Origin: Escherichia coli
Lineage (GTDB): Bacteria > Pseudomonadota > Gammaproteobacteria > Enterobacterales > Enterobacteriaceae
DNA: 64,000 nucleotides
Assembly: GCF_001677475.2 (NCBI RefSeq)
Contig: NZ_CP015229.1
Direction: 5' to 3' (one strand)
Positions within the stretch are counted from its first letter, which is position 1. Every line of letters begins with the position of its first letter. This document shows, piece by piece, positions 36,285-50,612 of this stretch. Under the pieces are notes generated by a model that saw only the letters and a list, made by a program, of their open reading frames with translations, was not told the DNA's origin and ran no database searches. A program made the position numbers and the translations under genes.

Positions 36285-39170
36285 TTAAAAGCTGAAGCGA
36301 TATCCTCCGTTGACTTGCTTCTGATCAAAGAGGTTACCCTGCGTGTAATCCGCTTCGAGGTAGAATGTGTGCTGTTTGTAATACTGTGCACTGACTCCCA
36401 CGCCGTTATTCCAGCCATTACCTTTGAAACTGTACTTCTCCCGGGAGTTGTTCAACAGATATTCTGTATCCCCTGAAAACTCGCGGATAGCGCCAGTCTT
36501 CACATAGACATTCAGCTGGCTGTTGCCTGCGGTGATGTCATATCCCAGTATCATGCTGGCACGCCCCAGCAGCGATTTGTAGTGATTCAAATGTATATTG
36601 AGACCATTACTCGCCTTCAAAGCCATCTCATTCTGGTGGCTGTATGTGAGCTGGGTTTGCGGCTCTATATAGAATCCATAACCAGTAGGGGTCAGGTTGA
36701 ACCTCTGACCGGCTTCCAGGGAGATGCTCAATCCATTAGCAGTGCCGTTGGCGTTAACGCCGTTGTTCTGACTGTCCAGTACGTGGAAACTATTTTTCTG
36801 GCGCGATGCTTTTACAACGAGATCGCTGTAAAAACCGTTTTGTGCCATGTAACTGGCGTACATTCCCATGTAGTCTGAACGTGCGGTACCGTCGCCTCCG
36901 CTATAGTCCGGCGATGCATGTGTTGAGCCAATATACAGACCGACATACAACGGCATTACATCAGAGAGACGTTTATCCCCACCAAACTGGATACCGCTGT
37001 AACCCATGTCAAAGCCGCTCAGTTTGCCACTGGCGAAGGAGTCCAGACTTCCCCCATAACTGCGCAGCCAGATATTTCCGTCTTTACTCTGATTTCGCAG
37101 GTCACCCATCCGTTGCATCAGCGTACGGTTTTCAACATAGTTCAATAAGTAACCGACATTGAGATAATTGCCGCCAGCATCTGCGGTCGTGGTGGGTTTA
37201 GGTGTGGGAGTGGGGTTAGGCGTAGGATCGGGTTCAGGTGTAGGATCGGGGTTGACTATGGGAGGCTGAGCGGGAGCCGGTGTTGGTTCAGGATTAGGAG
37301 TCGGTTCCGGAACTGTCCCGGAAGCGTAAAGCTCCCAGTTAGTGCCATTTTTACGCACATCGTACAGATATCCCCCCAACTCAACCTGAGAAGACGCGCT
37401 GAACGAGGCCGCACCGTCAGTGGTTTTTACCACTGTCAGAACTTCATTTCCCGTAGTGGCCTCGCTGCCCTGGTTGCGGATGGCCAATACGTGATTACCA
37501 GCACTACTCCCGCTGATATTCAATAAATCCCCTTTATTATTAACGCCATTACCCTCGCCAACAACATCAGCACGCATAATAAAGGTACTGTTACCGCTCA
37601 GGTTCTCTACGTTTAATGTGGTAAATGTGCCGGCAGTTGACCCGTGGCTGGCAAAATCGACAGTTGAATGGCTCAGCGCCAGCGTGTCGAGATTAGAATT
37701 ACTTGTTACGTTCCAGACGCTGTTATTCATTGCAACGTCCAGTTTCCCGCCATTGACATTATCGCTGAGGGAGGAACCTGTCCAAACCGACCCAGGGTGC
37801 ATATCCAGATTGATTAGCCCACCTTTGGAGAGAACGCTACCGTTGATAAGCATACGACCCGAGGCGTTGATGCGGCTGGCGGCATAACCATCGTCATGTT
37901 GCGTTGCGATGGCCATCTGGTCGGGTGTACTCATATCAATGACCAGATCGCTCGTGAGGTCGATCTGGCTGTTGGTCATGGCATAAATCCCCCTAGCTCC
38001 TGCCGCGCCGGTGATAGCCAAACTGTCTCCGGTTATTCTACCGCCGCTGAGCGCCCACAAACCCAGCGCCAGACTGCCATTACGATCAACCGTAATATCG
38101 GTATTTTGCATGTTGACAACAGCCGTTGCCGTCTGGGCTGAGGCACCATAAGAACCGCTGGAAAAGATGCTGTTTCGTTGCGCTGCCGTGCCAGAAAAAT
38201 TGATTGTCGCGTCTGAACCACTGGTTACGAGGCCACCGCCCTGCGCGGAAGAAATATGGCTATCAGCACCGATAGTGGTTGTACCACCACGAACTTCGAC
38301 GCCATTTGCCGCGGCTCCAGTTACATCAACAGTGAGTGCATTCGCGCTCACCTGGCCAAAGCTCCAGAGGCCGTGTGCATTATCGCCATTGGTTGTAATG
38401 GAACTGTTTGTTCCGAGATCGACAACAGAGTTTTTCTGTACGTTTATCCCCATGGCGCTGTAGCCCTGAACATCGATTGTCAGGTCTGTCGCCGTAAAAC
38501 GCGCAGCACCATTGGCGTTATTGCCGTTGAGACCACCGATATAAACACCTGTACTTCCATCGGTCTTGATTTTACTTCCGCTTCCAAGATCGACACTGGT
38601 GCCATAGTCATTGATTGTTAGGCCTATACCGTTCGAGTTTTCAATGGTGAATTGAGTGGCTGTTAGTGTTGAGCTATGTCCAATAATGATGCCGTCATCG
38701 TTACTCTTAATGGTGCTGCCTGTGCCTAAGTCAGCATGGGTATAGTCACCAATTAAATTAATGCCGATGGCAGAGGTTTGACCAACAACATCTACTGTAA
38801 GTCGGTTAGCTGTCAGGGAGCTGTTCTTGCCCTGAATAATGATTCCCTTTGCATATCCAGAGGCGTCGTTGACATTGACGGTGACATCATTACCCAGGTT
38901 GATATTGCCAGGCGTGTTTCCTGCTGGGGTCATTACACCATAGAGGTTTCCTGATGGATCGGCGGTATCTCCTGTAATTCTGTCACCATCACTAATAGTA
39001 ATATTGGTGCCATTTTGACTTCCTAAATCAGCAGCTATCAGCAGGGGGGAAAAGATAATTGCATTCAAACCAATAGCGCCATATTTTATCAGTTGAATGG
39101 AGGGCGAACGGATTTTTAATTCAGCGAGACGATCGGCTTTGGTATTCCCATTGTGTTGTTTGATGCCCAT
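36285..39170 (-). CDS. ycgV: Autotransporter adhesin YcgV (AIDA-like)
   Basis: 961 aa; repetitive Gly/Thr/Ser-rich passenger, Pro/Thr-rich linker, C-terminal beta-barrel ending ...YRFSF. Confidence 0.85.
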   Translation of the reverse strand: MGIKQHNGNTKADRLAELKIRSPSIQLIKYGAIGLNAIIFSPLLIAADLGSQNGTNITISDGDRITGDTADPSGNLYGVMTPAGNTPGNINLGNDVTVNVNDASGYAKGIIIQGKNSSLTANRLTVDVVGQTSAIGINLIGDYTHADLGTGSTIKSNDDGIIIGHSSTLTATQFTIENSNGIGLTINDYGTSVDLGSGSKIKTDGSTGVYIGGLNGNNANGAARFTATDLTIDVQGYSAMGINVQKNSVVDLGTNSSITTNGDNAHGLWSFGQVSANALTVDVTGAAANGVEVRGGTTTIGADSHISSAQGGGLVTSGSDATINFSGTAAQRNSIFSSGSYGASAQTATAVVNMQNTDITVDRNGSLALGLWALSGGRITGDSLAITGAAGARGIYAMTNSQIDLTSDLVIDMSTPDQMAIATQHDDGYAASRINASGRMLINGSVLSKGGLINLDMHPGSVWTGSSLSDNVNGGKLDVAMNNSVWNVTSNSNLDTLALSHSTVDFASHGSTAGTFTTLNVENLSGNSTFIMRADVVGEGNGVNNKGDLLNISGSSAGNHVLAIRNQGSEATTGNEVLTVVKTTDGAASFSASSQVELGGYLYDVRKNGTNWELYASGTVPEPTPNPEPTPAPAQPPIVNPDPTPEPDPTPNPTPTPKPTTTADAGGNYLNVGYLLNYVENRTLMQRMGDLRNQSKDGNIWLRSYGGSLDSFASGKLSGFDMGYSGIQFGGDKRLSDVMPLYVGLYIGSTHASPDYSGGDGTARSDYMGMYASYMAQNGFYSDLVVKASRQKNSFHVLDSQNNGVNANGTANGLSISLEAGQRFNLTPTGYGFYIEPQTQLTYSHQNEMALKASNGLNIHLNHYKSLLGRASMILGYDITAGNSQLNVYVKTGAIREFSGDTEYLLNNSREKYSFKGNGWNNGVGVSAQYYKQHTFYLEADYTQGNLFDQKQVNGGYRFSF

Positions 39171-40013
39171 ACCACTCCTATATAGTACCCAGGCTATGGG
39201 TCTATGGATTTTGTCATTTTGTTTAAGTCAATGAATAATATCCTCTTATCATCATGATATTTGTATGGTGCAATCATGATGAGCTGCTCTGAGAATAATT
39301 CTCTATTACCGGGCAAAATCAGGAACACAGGAATTAATATATATTTAACATCCCCCTTACAAAGGTGAGCTTAGATCGAGTTATTCCCTAAGTTGTCGTT
39401 ACTTATTCCAATTCGTTACAATGAATATGACAAAAACATTACAACAAACAGCGGTTAAATAATTTGGTGAATATTTTTGGTAATAATCCTAATTGGTTAT
39501 GGGTTTTTCGCTTGATGTATCTGCATAACAAAAACAATATGAGCCATTTTTGCATTACTAATAAGAAAAAGCAAAAAACATCGATATTCATTTTTGATCA
39601 ATGGATTTTCTGGCATATCGTTATTATCGTGATACTGGTTATCATTTTCATCTTGCCAGCATCGCACGTAATCACGTTATTCGGGGATTTTATCTGCGGG
39701 ATATTACCCTTCAGGTAAGTCCTTTTCTCGCCAGCATATTGGAGCGTGATCAATATTGATCAGCTGTGAAGGGGGCTGATGTGTAGTGGAACAAAAAATT
39801 ACGTTATATCACTGCTAATGAGATATCCGTCATCTGAACATTTATGTCTTTAATTATTCTCGTGGTTCACTGTAGGCAATAAGCACAAAAGTGTAGGATG
39901 TTATAAGAATGGTTAGGACTCGGTGAAATGAAAAATCCACGCAATTGCGTGGATTTTATATACTTTTGCGCTCTTCATGAGATTTAGCGAAACCTCATGA
40001 GACAACAAATTAA

Positions 40014-41105
40014 TTAGACGTTGAACAGGAAGTTCATTACATCGCCATCTTTAACGATGTAATCTTTGCCTTCTGCACGCATTTTGCCTGCTTCTTTCGC
40101 GCCTTGTTCACCTTTGTAAGTGATGAAATCTTCGAACGAAATAGTTTGTGCACGGATAAAGCCTTTTTCAAAATCAGTATGGATTTTGCCAGCGGCCTGC
40201 GGCGCGGTTGCACCAACCGGAATGGTCCATGCACGTACTTCTTTCACCCCAGCGGTGAAGTAAGTTTGCAGGTTCAGCAGCTTATAACCGGCACGGATCA
40301 CACGGTTCAGGCCCGGCTCTTCCAGCCCAAGCTCCTGCATAAACTCGTCACGTTCTTCGTCGTCCAGTTCGGCAATGTCTGCTTCAACAGCAGCACAAAC
40401 CGGAACCACAACAGAACCTTCTTTCGCCGCGATTTCACGCACCTGGTCAAGATACGGGTTGTTTTCAAAACCGTCTTCGTTGACGTTGGCGATGTACATT
40501 GTTGGTTTCAGCGTCAGGAAGCTCAGGTAACGAATAGCCGCTTTCTCTTCAGCGCTTAAATCCAGCGCGCGCAGCATACCTGCGTTTTCCAGCTGCGGCA
40601 GGCATTTTTCCAGTACCGCCAGCTCGGCTTTCGCGTCTTTATCGCCACCTTTGGCTTTCTTCTGTACGCGATGAATCGCACGTTCGCAGGTGTCGAGGTC
40701 CGCCAGCGCCAGTTCGGTATTGATAACTTCAATATCATCCGCCGGGTTAACTTTGCCGGAAACGTGAATGATGTTGTCATTTTCAAAGCAGCGAACAACG
40801 TGACCGATCGCTTCAGTTTCACGGATGTTGGTCAGGAACTGGTTACCCAGACCTTCGCCTTTCGATGCGCCTTTTACCAGACCGGCGATATCGACAAATT
40901 CCATGGTCGTGGGAAGCGTACGCTGCGGTTTTACGATTTCAGCCAGTTGATCCAGGCGAGGGTCAGGCATTGGTACGACGCCTGTGTTCGGCTCAATGGT
41001 GCAGAATGGAAAGTTGGCCGCTTCAATACCGGCTTTGGTCAGCGCGTTGAACAGGGTAGATTTCCCGACGTTGGGCAAACCGACGATACCGCATTTGAAT
41101 CCCAT
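40014..41105 (-). CDS. ychF: Ribosome-binding ATPase YchF
   Basis: 363 aa; G1 motif GLPNVGKST. Confidence 0.95.
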
Positions 41106-41221
41106 GATTTAAATCACCTTAATATCTTAATAATCAACCTGTTATTGCTAACAGATTGCAGAAATGGAAATAACTTTGCCTATTATACACGGCACGCGGC
41201 AAAAATGCCGCAGACAACGAC

Positions 41222-41806
41222 TTATTGCGCTTTAAAGGCGTGCAATCGGTTCGTTGCCTTGGTCAAGCCATCTGTAAACCACATTTCAGTACAACGCGCC
41301 GCTTCGTCGATGGCTTCATCAATTAACTTCTGTTCACTAACAGGCGGTTTGCCTAATACAAAACCAACAACTTTATTTTTATCGCCCGGATGACCGATTC
41401 CGATGCGTAAACGGTGAAAGTTAGGGTTATTACCCAATTTACTGATGATGTCTTTCAGTCCATTGTGACCACCATGGCCACCGCCCAACTTAAATTTGGC
41501 GACGCCAGGAGGCAGATCCAGTTCGTCGTGGGCCACCAGAATTTCGTCCGGATTAATGCGGAAAAAACTGGCCATCGCCGCAACGGCTTTGCCGCTGAGA
41601 TTCATAAATGTAGTCGGGACTAACAGGCGGACATCTTCGCCTCCAAGGGTGACTCGCGAAGTATAACCAAAGAATTTAGCCTCTTCGCGCAGCGGAGCGC
41701 GCAATCGCTCTGCCAGTAAGTCAACGAACCAGGCACCAGCATTATGTCGCGTTGCGGCGTATTCAGCGCCGGGGTTCGCCAGGCCGACAATCAATTTAAT
41801 CGTCAC
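41222..41806 (-). CDS. pth: Peptidyl-tRNA hydrolase
   Basis: 194 aa from [24 protein letters not shown]... Confidence 0.95.
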
Positions 41807-42083
41807 GTTTTTTTGTCCTGAGTGTGTACATAACTGGCGCGTAGTTTACTGGTTGCGGCCCCGCTTGACAAAAAACTGCGTATTAAATGCAGATAACGCA
41901 ATAATTGCCTGAGTGGACTATTAGAAAGTCAAGGTGTTCAGGCGTTTATTTGTAAAGTTTTGTTGAACTAAGGGTTGTAATTGTGATCACGCCCGCACAT
42001 AACCCACAGGGTGTTGTCTATACTTTACACATAAGGAAGAGGGGTATTCCCTGTTACAACCCAGAAAGTTCCGGAGGTGACAT

Positions 42084-42362
42084 ATGAAACGCAAAAACGC
42101 TTCGTTACTCGGTAACGTGCTCATGGGGTTGGGTCTGGTGGTAATGGTGGTCGGCGTGGGGTATTCAATCCTCAACCAGTTACCACAGTTTAATATGCCC
42201 CAGTATTTCGCACATGGTGCAGTGCTAAGTATTTTCGTCGGTGCCATTCTCTGGCTGGCGGGGGCCCGTGTTGGCGGGCATGAACAGGTGTGCGACCGTT
42301 ACTGGTGGGTTCGCCACTATGACAAACGTTGCCGCCGTAGCGATAATCGCCGTCATAGCTAA
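42084..42362 (+). CDS. ychH: Small membrane protein YchH
   Basis: 92 aa; synteny. Confidence 0.8.
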   Translation: MKRKNASLLGNVLMGLGLVVMVVGVGYSILNQLPQFNMPQYFAHGAVLSIFVGAILWLAGARVGGHEQVCDRYWWVRHYDKRCRRSDNRRHS

Positions 42363-42416
42363 CAAATACTGCAGTTTGCTGACCAGTCAGTTTGCGCTGA
42401 CTGGTCAATCTCGTAC

Positions 42417-44096
42417 TTATAAATCCGCCATCGCCGCGCGACGATTCGGGAAGAACGCGAGGCGTCCCGGGATCGGTTGAATGCCTGCGCGAGCCATAGT
42501 GCGCAGAGGCTGGAATTCCACGTTGCACACGCGTAGTTCACATCCTTCGGGCAGACGCTTCACAAAACGCTGGAACGCATCAAGACCACCAGCATCAAGT
42601 ACCGGAACGGCATCCCACTTCAGAATCACAATCCGTTTGCCTTCAAGACGTGACTCCAGGTCCGTGAATAAGCCTTCAGCAGCAGCAAAAAACAGCGGGC
42701 CAATAACGCGCAGAACCAGGACATCGTCTGGAACATCTACGACTACCGGTGCCAGGCGAGTCATACGTGCGATACGACGCATAAACAGCAGCGATGCCAG
42801 CACGATCCCCACGCTGATGGCAATAACCATATCAAACAGCACGGTCAGCGACATGCACAGCAGCATGACAATGATGTCATCTTTCGGTGCATGACGCAGC
42901 AAGTCGACCACTTTGTGCGCTTCACTCATGTTCCACGCCACCATCAACAGCAGGGCAGCCATGGCGGAAAGCGGCAGCCAGGAGAGCAGCGGTGCCAGTA
43001 CCAGCAGGGCAAGAATAACCAGAATAGAGTGGATCACCGCCGAGATAGGGGAAGTTGCCCCGGCACGGACGTTAGCGGCAGAACGCGCGATGGCAGCTGT
43101 AGCGGTAATACCACCAAAGAACGGAGCGATAATATTCCCCAGTCCCTGTCCAACCAGTTCGCTATTCGCCTTGTGTTTTGTCCCGGTCATACCATCCAGC
43201 ACCACGGCGCAGAGCAGAGATTCGATTGCACCGAGCATTGCCATTGAGAATGCCGCAGGCAGCAGTGTGCGAATAGAATCCCAGGTTAGCGTGAATTCTG
43301 AATCAGGTAGATCCCACGGCAGCACCAGTTGTGGCAGCAATTGCGGAATACCGTTACCCTGAGAACCATCGGCCAGAACGTAGTGGAATTGCGAACCGAT
43401 GGTAGCTACATGTCCGCCGAGCAGGTTAACAATCCCCATCACCGCGCAACCAGCCAGCAAGGCCGGAAGGTGACCAGGCAAACGAATGCCCAGACGCGGC
43501 CAGAAAACCAGAATGCCAAGCGTCACAATGCCAATGGCAGCATCACCCACATTAATGGTCGGCAACGCCATAAATAATGCGCCGACTTTTTGTAGATAAT
43601 GCTCCGGGACATGGGCCATTTGCAGACCGAGAAAATCTTTAATCTGCATGGTACCGATGGTGATCCCGATACCCGAGGTGAAACCTAAGGTCACGGAAAC
43701 CGGAATATATTCAATCAAGCGTCCAAAACGTGCCAGCCCCATCAGGATCAAAAAGACACCTGACATGAGTGTCGCGACCAGCAGTCCTGCCAGTCCAAAC
43801 TGTTGCGAAACGGGATAGAGAATTACCACAAATGCCGCAGTCGGACCGGAAACGCTAAAGCGTGACCCACCCGTCAGAGCAATGACAATCCCCGCAACAG
43901 CTGCGGTATATAAACCGTACTGGGGTGCCACACCACTACCAATAGCCAACGCCATCGCCAGCGGGATAGCAATAATCCCGACGGTTATCCCGGCAATCAG
44001 GTCACGGGTAAACCGTGCGGCAGTATATTTTTCTTTCCAGCAAGCGTCGATCAGAGCGCGGAAAGGCATCACATGTGAGGAAAATATTTTGTTCAC
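42417..44096 (-). CDS. dauA: C4-dicarboxylate transporter DauA (SulP family, STAS domain)
   Basis: 559 aa; synteny with prs. Confidence 0.9.
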   Translation of the reverse strand: MNKIFSSHVMPFRALIDACWKEKYTAARFTRDLIAGITVGIIAIPLAMALAIGSGVAPQYGLYTAAVAGIVIALTGGSRFSVSGPTAAFVVILYPVSQQFGLAGLLVATLMSGVFLILMGLARFGRLIEYIPVSVTLGFTSGIGITIGTMQIKDFLGLQMAHVPEHYLQKVGALFMALPTINVGDAAIGIVTLGILVFWPRLGIRLPGHLPALLAGCAVMGIVNLLGGHVATIGSQFHYVLADGSQGNGIPQLLPQLVLPWDLPDSEFTLTWDSIRTLLPAAFSMAMLGAIESLLCAVVLDGMTGTKHKANSELVGQGLGNIIAPFFGGITATAAIARSAANVRAGATSPISAVIHSILVILALLVLAPLLSWLPLSAMAALLLMVAWNMSEAHKVVDLLRHAPKDDIIVMLLCMSLTVLFDMVIAISVGIVLASLLFMRRIARMTRLAPVVVDVPDDVLVLRVIGPLFFAAAEGLFTDLESRLEGKRIVILKWDAVPVLDAGGLDAFQRFVKRLPEGCELRVCNVEFQPLRTMARAGIQPIPGRLAFFPNRRAAMADL

Positions 44097-44220
44097 AATA
44101 ATGTTTCATCCGTGAGCGCATCATCTGTCAACTAAATGGCAGGTGAAGGAGGCATAGGTCATACAAATGGATATTACAGACAAAAAAACCCGCCGCAGCG
44201 GGTCTTTGAGCCGGGTTCGA

Positions 44221-45294
<1,074 letters not shown>

Positions 45295-45318
45295 TCACCG
45301 AAACTCAGCTTGCCCGGC

Positions 45319-46169
45319 TTAAAGCATGGCTCTGTGCAATGGGGAAAGATTAACGCCTTTCGCCACAAAGCCATTGAGCCATTCCGGGGCTTGCTCTAGC
45401 ACCTGGCGGGCTTCAGACTCTGTATCAAATTCAGCAAAGACACAGGCCCCTGTCCCAGTCAGGCGCGACGGGGCGTATTCTAACAGCCAGGAAAGCACCG
45501 CATCAACCTCGCGAAAACGTTTTCTTGCGATAACCTCGCAATCATTGCTGAATTCACATTTTAGCAACGTTTCTATTGACCTTTTTGGCGTATTGCGCGG
45601 GAGTTCAGGATCTTTAAAAATCACCGGTGTCGGAATACTTACACCAGGGTGCGCCACCAAGTACCACTTCTCTGGCGGATCCACCGGCGTTAGTATTTCA
45701 CCAACGCCTTCGGCAAACGCGGCATGCCCCCGAACAAAGACAGGAACATCTGCGCCCAGCGTCAGCCCCATTTCCGCCAGCTCATCCATGCTTAGCCCGC
45801 ATTGCCAGAGATGATTTAATGCCACCAGGACCGTCGCGGCATTGGATGAACCACCACCGAGACCGCCGCCCATCGGCAAACGCTTGTCAATGCTGATATT
45901 CGCACCGCTTCCCGTCGGAAGACGCCCGCTGTCTGCCGCAGTTTTCATCAACAACCGCGCTGCGCGAATGATCAGGTTATCTTGATGTTCCACGCCTTCA
46001 ACGGGCGTTAACAGACGAATATCCCCATCGTCACGAAGCTCAATGCTGATGGTGTCGCCGTAATCAAGAAACTGAAACAGCGTTTGCAGCGTGTGGTAAC
46101 CATCCGCACGCTGACCGGTAATGTATAAAAACAGATTAAGTTTTGCCGGAGAGGGCCACTGTGTCCGCA

Positions 46170-46170
<1 letters not shown>
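45319..46170 (-). CDS. ispE: 4-diphosphocytidyl-2-C-methyl-D-erythritol kinase
   Basis: 283 aa GHMP kinase; 1 nt overlap with lolB. Confidence 0.95.
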
Positions 46171-46862
<692 letters not shown>

Positions 46863-47006
46863 CTATGTTCAAGTTGTCTTAATTGCCAGAATCTAACGGC
46901 TTTCGGCAATTACTCCAAAAGGGGGCGCTCTCTTTTATTGATCTTACGCATCCTGTATGATGCAAGCAGACTAACCTTATCAACGTTGGTATTATTTCCC
47001 GCAGAC

Positions 47007-48263
47007 ATGACCCTTTTAGCACTCGGTATCAACCATAAAACGGCACCTGTATCGCTGCGAGAACGTGTATCGTTTTCGCCGGATAAGCTCGATCAGGCGC
47101 TTGACAGCCTGCTTGCGCAGCCGATGGTGCAGGGCGGCGTGGTGCTGTCGACGTGCAACCGCACGGAACTTTATCTTAGCGTTGAAGAGCAGGATAACCT
47201 GCAAGAGGCGTTAATCCGCTGGCTTTGCGATTATCACAATCTTAATGAAGAAGATCTGCGTAAAAGCCTCTACTGGCATCAGGATAACGACGCGGTTAGC
47301 CATTTAATGCGTGTTGCCAGCGGCCTGGATTCACTGGTTCTGGGGGAGCCACAGATCCTCGGTCAGGTTAAAAAAGCGTTTGCCGATTCGCAAAAAGGCC
47401 ATATGAAGGCCAGCGAACTGGAACGCATGTTCCAGAAATCTTTCTCTGTAGCGAAACGCGTTCGCACTGAAACAGATATCGGTGCCAGCGCTGTGTCTGT
47501 CGCTTTTGCGGCTTGTACGCTGGCGCGGCAGATCTTTGAATCGCTCTCTACGGTGACGGTACTGCTGGTTGGCGCGGGTGAAACCATCGAGCTGGTGGCG
47601 CGTCATCTACGCGAACACAAAGTACAGAAGATGATTATCGCCAACCGCACTCGCGAACGTGCCCAAATTCTGGCAGATGAAGTCGGCGCGGAAGTGATTG
47701 CCCTGAGTGATATCGACGAACGTCTGCGCGAAGCCGATATCATCATCAGTTCCACCGCCAGCCCGTTACCGATTATCGGGAAAGGCATGGTGGAGCGCGC
47801 ATTAAAAAGCCGTCGCAACCAACCAATGCTGTTGGTGGATATTGCCGTTCCGCGCGATGTTGAGCCGGAAGTAGGTAAACTGGCGAATGCTTATCTTTAT
47901 AGCGTTGACGATCTGCAAAGCATCATTTCTCATAACCTGGCGCAGCGTAAAGCCGCAGCAGTTGAGGCGGAAACTATTGTCGCCCAGGAAACCAGTGAAT
48001 TTATGGCGTGGCTGCGTGCACAAAGCGCCAGCGAAACCATTCGCGAGTATCGCAGCCAGGCAGAGCAAGTTCGCGATGAGTTAACCGCCAAAGCGTTAGC
48101 GGCCCTTGAGCAGGGCGGCGACGCACAAGCCATTATGCAGGATCTGGCATGGAAACTGACTAACCGCTTGATCCATGCGCCAACGAAATCACTTCAACAG
48201 GCCGCCCGTGACGGGGATAACGAACGCCTGAATATTCTGCGCGACAGCCTCGGGCTGGAGTAG
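47007..48263 (+). CDS. hemA: Glutamyl-tRNA reductase
   Basis: 418 aa from [21 protein letters not shown]...; the track ORF extends upstream. Confidence 0.95.
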
Positions 48264-48304
48264 CAGTACATCATTTTCTTTTTTTACAGGGTGCATTTAC
48301 GCCT

Positions 48305-49387
48305 ATGAAGCCTTCTATCGTTGCCAAACTGGAAGCCCTGCATGAACGCCATGAAGAAGTTCAGGCGTTGCTGGGTGACGCGCAAACTATCGCCGACCAG
48401 GAACGTTTTCGCGCATTATCACGCGAATATGCGCAGTTAAGTGATGTTTCGCGCTGTTTTACCGACTGGCAACAGGTTCAGGAAGATATCGAAACCGCAC
48501 AGATGATGCTCGACGATCCTGAAATGCGTGAGATGGCGCAGGATGAACTGCGCGAAGCTAAAGAAAAAAGCGAGCAACTGGAACAGCAATTACAGGTTCT
48601 GTTACTACCAAAAGATCCTGATGACGAACGTAACGCCTTCCTCGAAGTCCGTGCCGGAACCGGCGGCGACGAAGCGGCGCTGTTCGCTGGCGATCTGTTC
48701 CGTATGTACAGCCGTTATGCCGAAGCCCGCCGCTGGCGGGTAGAAATCATGAGCGCCAGCGAGGGTGAACATGGTGGTTATAAAGAGATCATCGCCAAAA
48801 TTAGCGGTGATGGTGTGTATGGTCGTCTGAAATTTGAATCCGGCGGTCATCGCGTGCAGCGTGTTCCTGCTACGGAATCGCAGGGTCGTATTCATACTTC
48901 TGCTTGTACCGTTGCAGTAATGCCAGAACTGCCTGACGCAGAACTGCCGGACATCAACCCAGCAGATTTGCGCATAGATACTTTCCGCTCGTCAGGGGCG
49001 GGTGGTCAGCACGTTAACACCACCGATTCGGCAATTCGTATTACTCACTTGCCGACCGGGATTGTTGTTGAATGTCAGGACGAACGTTCACAACATAAAA
49101 ACAAAGCTAAAGCACTTTCTGTACTCGGTGCTCGCATCCACGCTGCTGAAATGGCAAAACGCCAACAGGCCGAAGCGTCTACCCGTCGTAACCTGCTGGG
49201 GAGTGGCGATCGCAGCGACCGTAACCGTACTTACAACTTCCCGCAGGGGCGCGTTACCGATCACCGCATCAACCTGACGCTCTACCGTCTGGATGAAGTG
49301 ATGGAAGGTAAGCTGGATATGCTGATTGAACCGATTATCCAGGAACATCAGGCCGACCAACTGGCGGCGTTGTCCGAGCAGGAATAA
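48305..49387 (+). CDS. prfA: Peptide chain release factor RF1
   Basis: 360 aa; GGQ motif (SGAGGQHVN). Confidence 0.95.
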
Positions 49388-50220
49388 TGGAATATCAACA
49401 CTGGTTACGTGAAGCAATAAGCCAACTTCAGGCGAGCGAAAGCCCGCGGCGTGATGCTGAAATCCTGCTGGAGCATGTTACCGGCAGAGGGCGTACTTTT
49501 ATTCTCGCCTTTGGTGAAACGCAGCTGACTGACGAACAATGTCAGCAACTTGATGCGCTACTGACGCGTCGTCGCGACGGTGAACCCATTGCTCATTTAA
49601 CCGGGGTTCGAGAATTCTGGTCGTTGCCGTTATTTGTTTCGCCAGCGACCTTAATTCCGCGCCCGGATACGGAGTGTCTGGTGGAGCAGGCACTGGCGCG
49701 GTTGCCTGAACAGCCTTGCCGTATTCTCGATCTCGGGACGGGTACCGGGGCGATTGCGCTTGCGCTGGCTAGCGAGCGCCCGGACTGCGAAATTACCGCT
49801 GTAGATCGTATGCCCGATGCTGTCGCCCTGGCACAACGTAATGCCCAGCATCTGGCGATCAAAAATATCCACATTCTGCAAAGCGACTGGTTTAGCGCGC
49901 TAGCCGGGCAGCAGTTTGCGATGATTGTCAGCAATCCGCCGTATATTGACGAGCAGGACCCACATCTTCAACAAGGCGATGTCCGCTTTGAGCCGCTCAC
50001 TGCGCTGGTTGCGGCAGACAGTGGAATGGCAGACATCGTACATATCATCGAACAGTCGCGTAACGCGCTGGTATCCGGCGGCTTTCTGCTTCTGGAACAT
50101 GGCTGGCAGCAGGGCGAAGCGGTGCGACAGGCATTTATCCTCGCGGGATATCATGACGTCGAAACCTGTCGGGACTATGGTGATAACGAGCGTGTAACGC
50201 TCGGCCGCTATTATCAATGA
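49387..50220 (+). CDS. prmC: Release-factor glutamine N5-methyltransferase PrmC (HemK)
   Basis: 277 aa; NPPY motif; overlaps prfA stop by 1 nt. Confidence 0.95.
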   Translation: MEYQHWLREAISQLQASESPRRDAEILLEHVTGRGRTFILAFGETQLTDEQCQQLDALLTRRRDGEPIAHLTGVREFWSLPLFVSPATLIPRPDTECLVEQALARLPEQPCRILDLGTGTGAIALALASERPDCEITAVDRMPDAVALAQRNAQHLAIKNIHILQSDWFSALAGQQFAMIVSNPPYIDEQDPHLQQGDVRFEPLTALVAADSGMADIVHIIEQSRNALVSGGFLLLEHGWQQGEAVRQAFILAGYHDVETCRDYGDNERVTLGRYYQ

Positions 50221-50609
50221 CAAGTTTTTCTACGCTGCTTAGCGTTCATCTCATTAGTATCGCGCTTTCTGTTGGGCTATTGACCTTACGTTTCTGGCTA
50301 CGTTATCAGAAGCATCCACAGGCATTTGCTCGCTGGACGCGCATTGTGCCGCCGGTTGTCGATACGGTGTTATTGTTAAGCGGCATTGCGTTGCTGGCTA
50401 AAGCGCACATCCTGCCATTTTCCGGGCAGGCACAGTGGCTGACTGAAAAGCTGTTTGGAGTTATCATTTATATCGTTTTGGGTTTTATTGCACTCGATTA
50501 TCGTCGTATGCACAGTCAGCAGGCGCGCATTATTGCCTTCCCGCTGGCGTTGGTGGTGCTGTACATCATCATTAAACTCGCCACCACAAAAGTACCGTTA
50601 CTGGGGTAA
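50217..50609 (+). CDS. ychQ: Inner-membrane protein YchQ (SirB2 family)
   Basis: 130 aa; 4 nt overlap with prmC. Confidence 0.85.
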   Translation: MTSFSTLLSVHLISIALSVGLLTLRFWLRYQKHPQAFARWTRIVPPVVDTVLLLSGIALLAKAHILPFSGQAQWLTEKLFGVIIYIVLGFIALDYRRMHSQQARIIAFPLALVVLYIIIKLATTKVPLLG

Positions 50610-50612
50610 GTC

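Noticed and set aside
37140-37330. Pro/Thr-rich repetitive stretch (PEPTPNPEPTPAPAQPPIVNPDPTPEPDPTPNPTPTPKPTT)
   Set aside because: This is the expected passenger-to-barrel linker of the ycgV autotransporter, not an independent repeat element.
40671-41393. 240-aa plus-strand ORF
   Set aside because: Antisense to ychF and the pth upstream region; a shadow ORF of a highly conserved gene.
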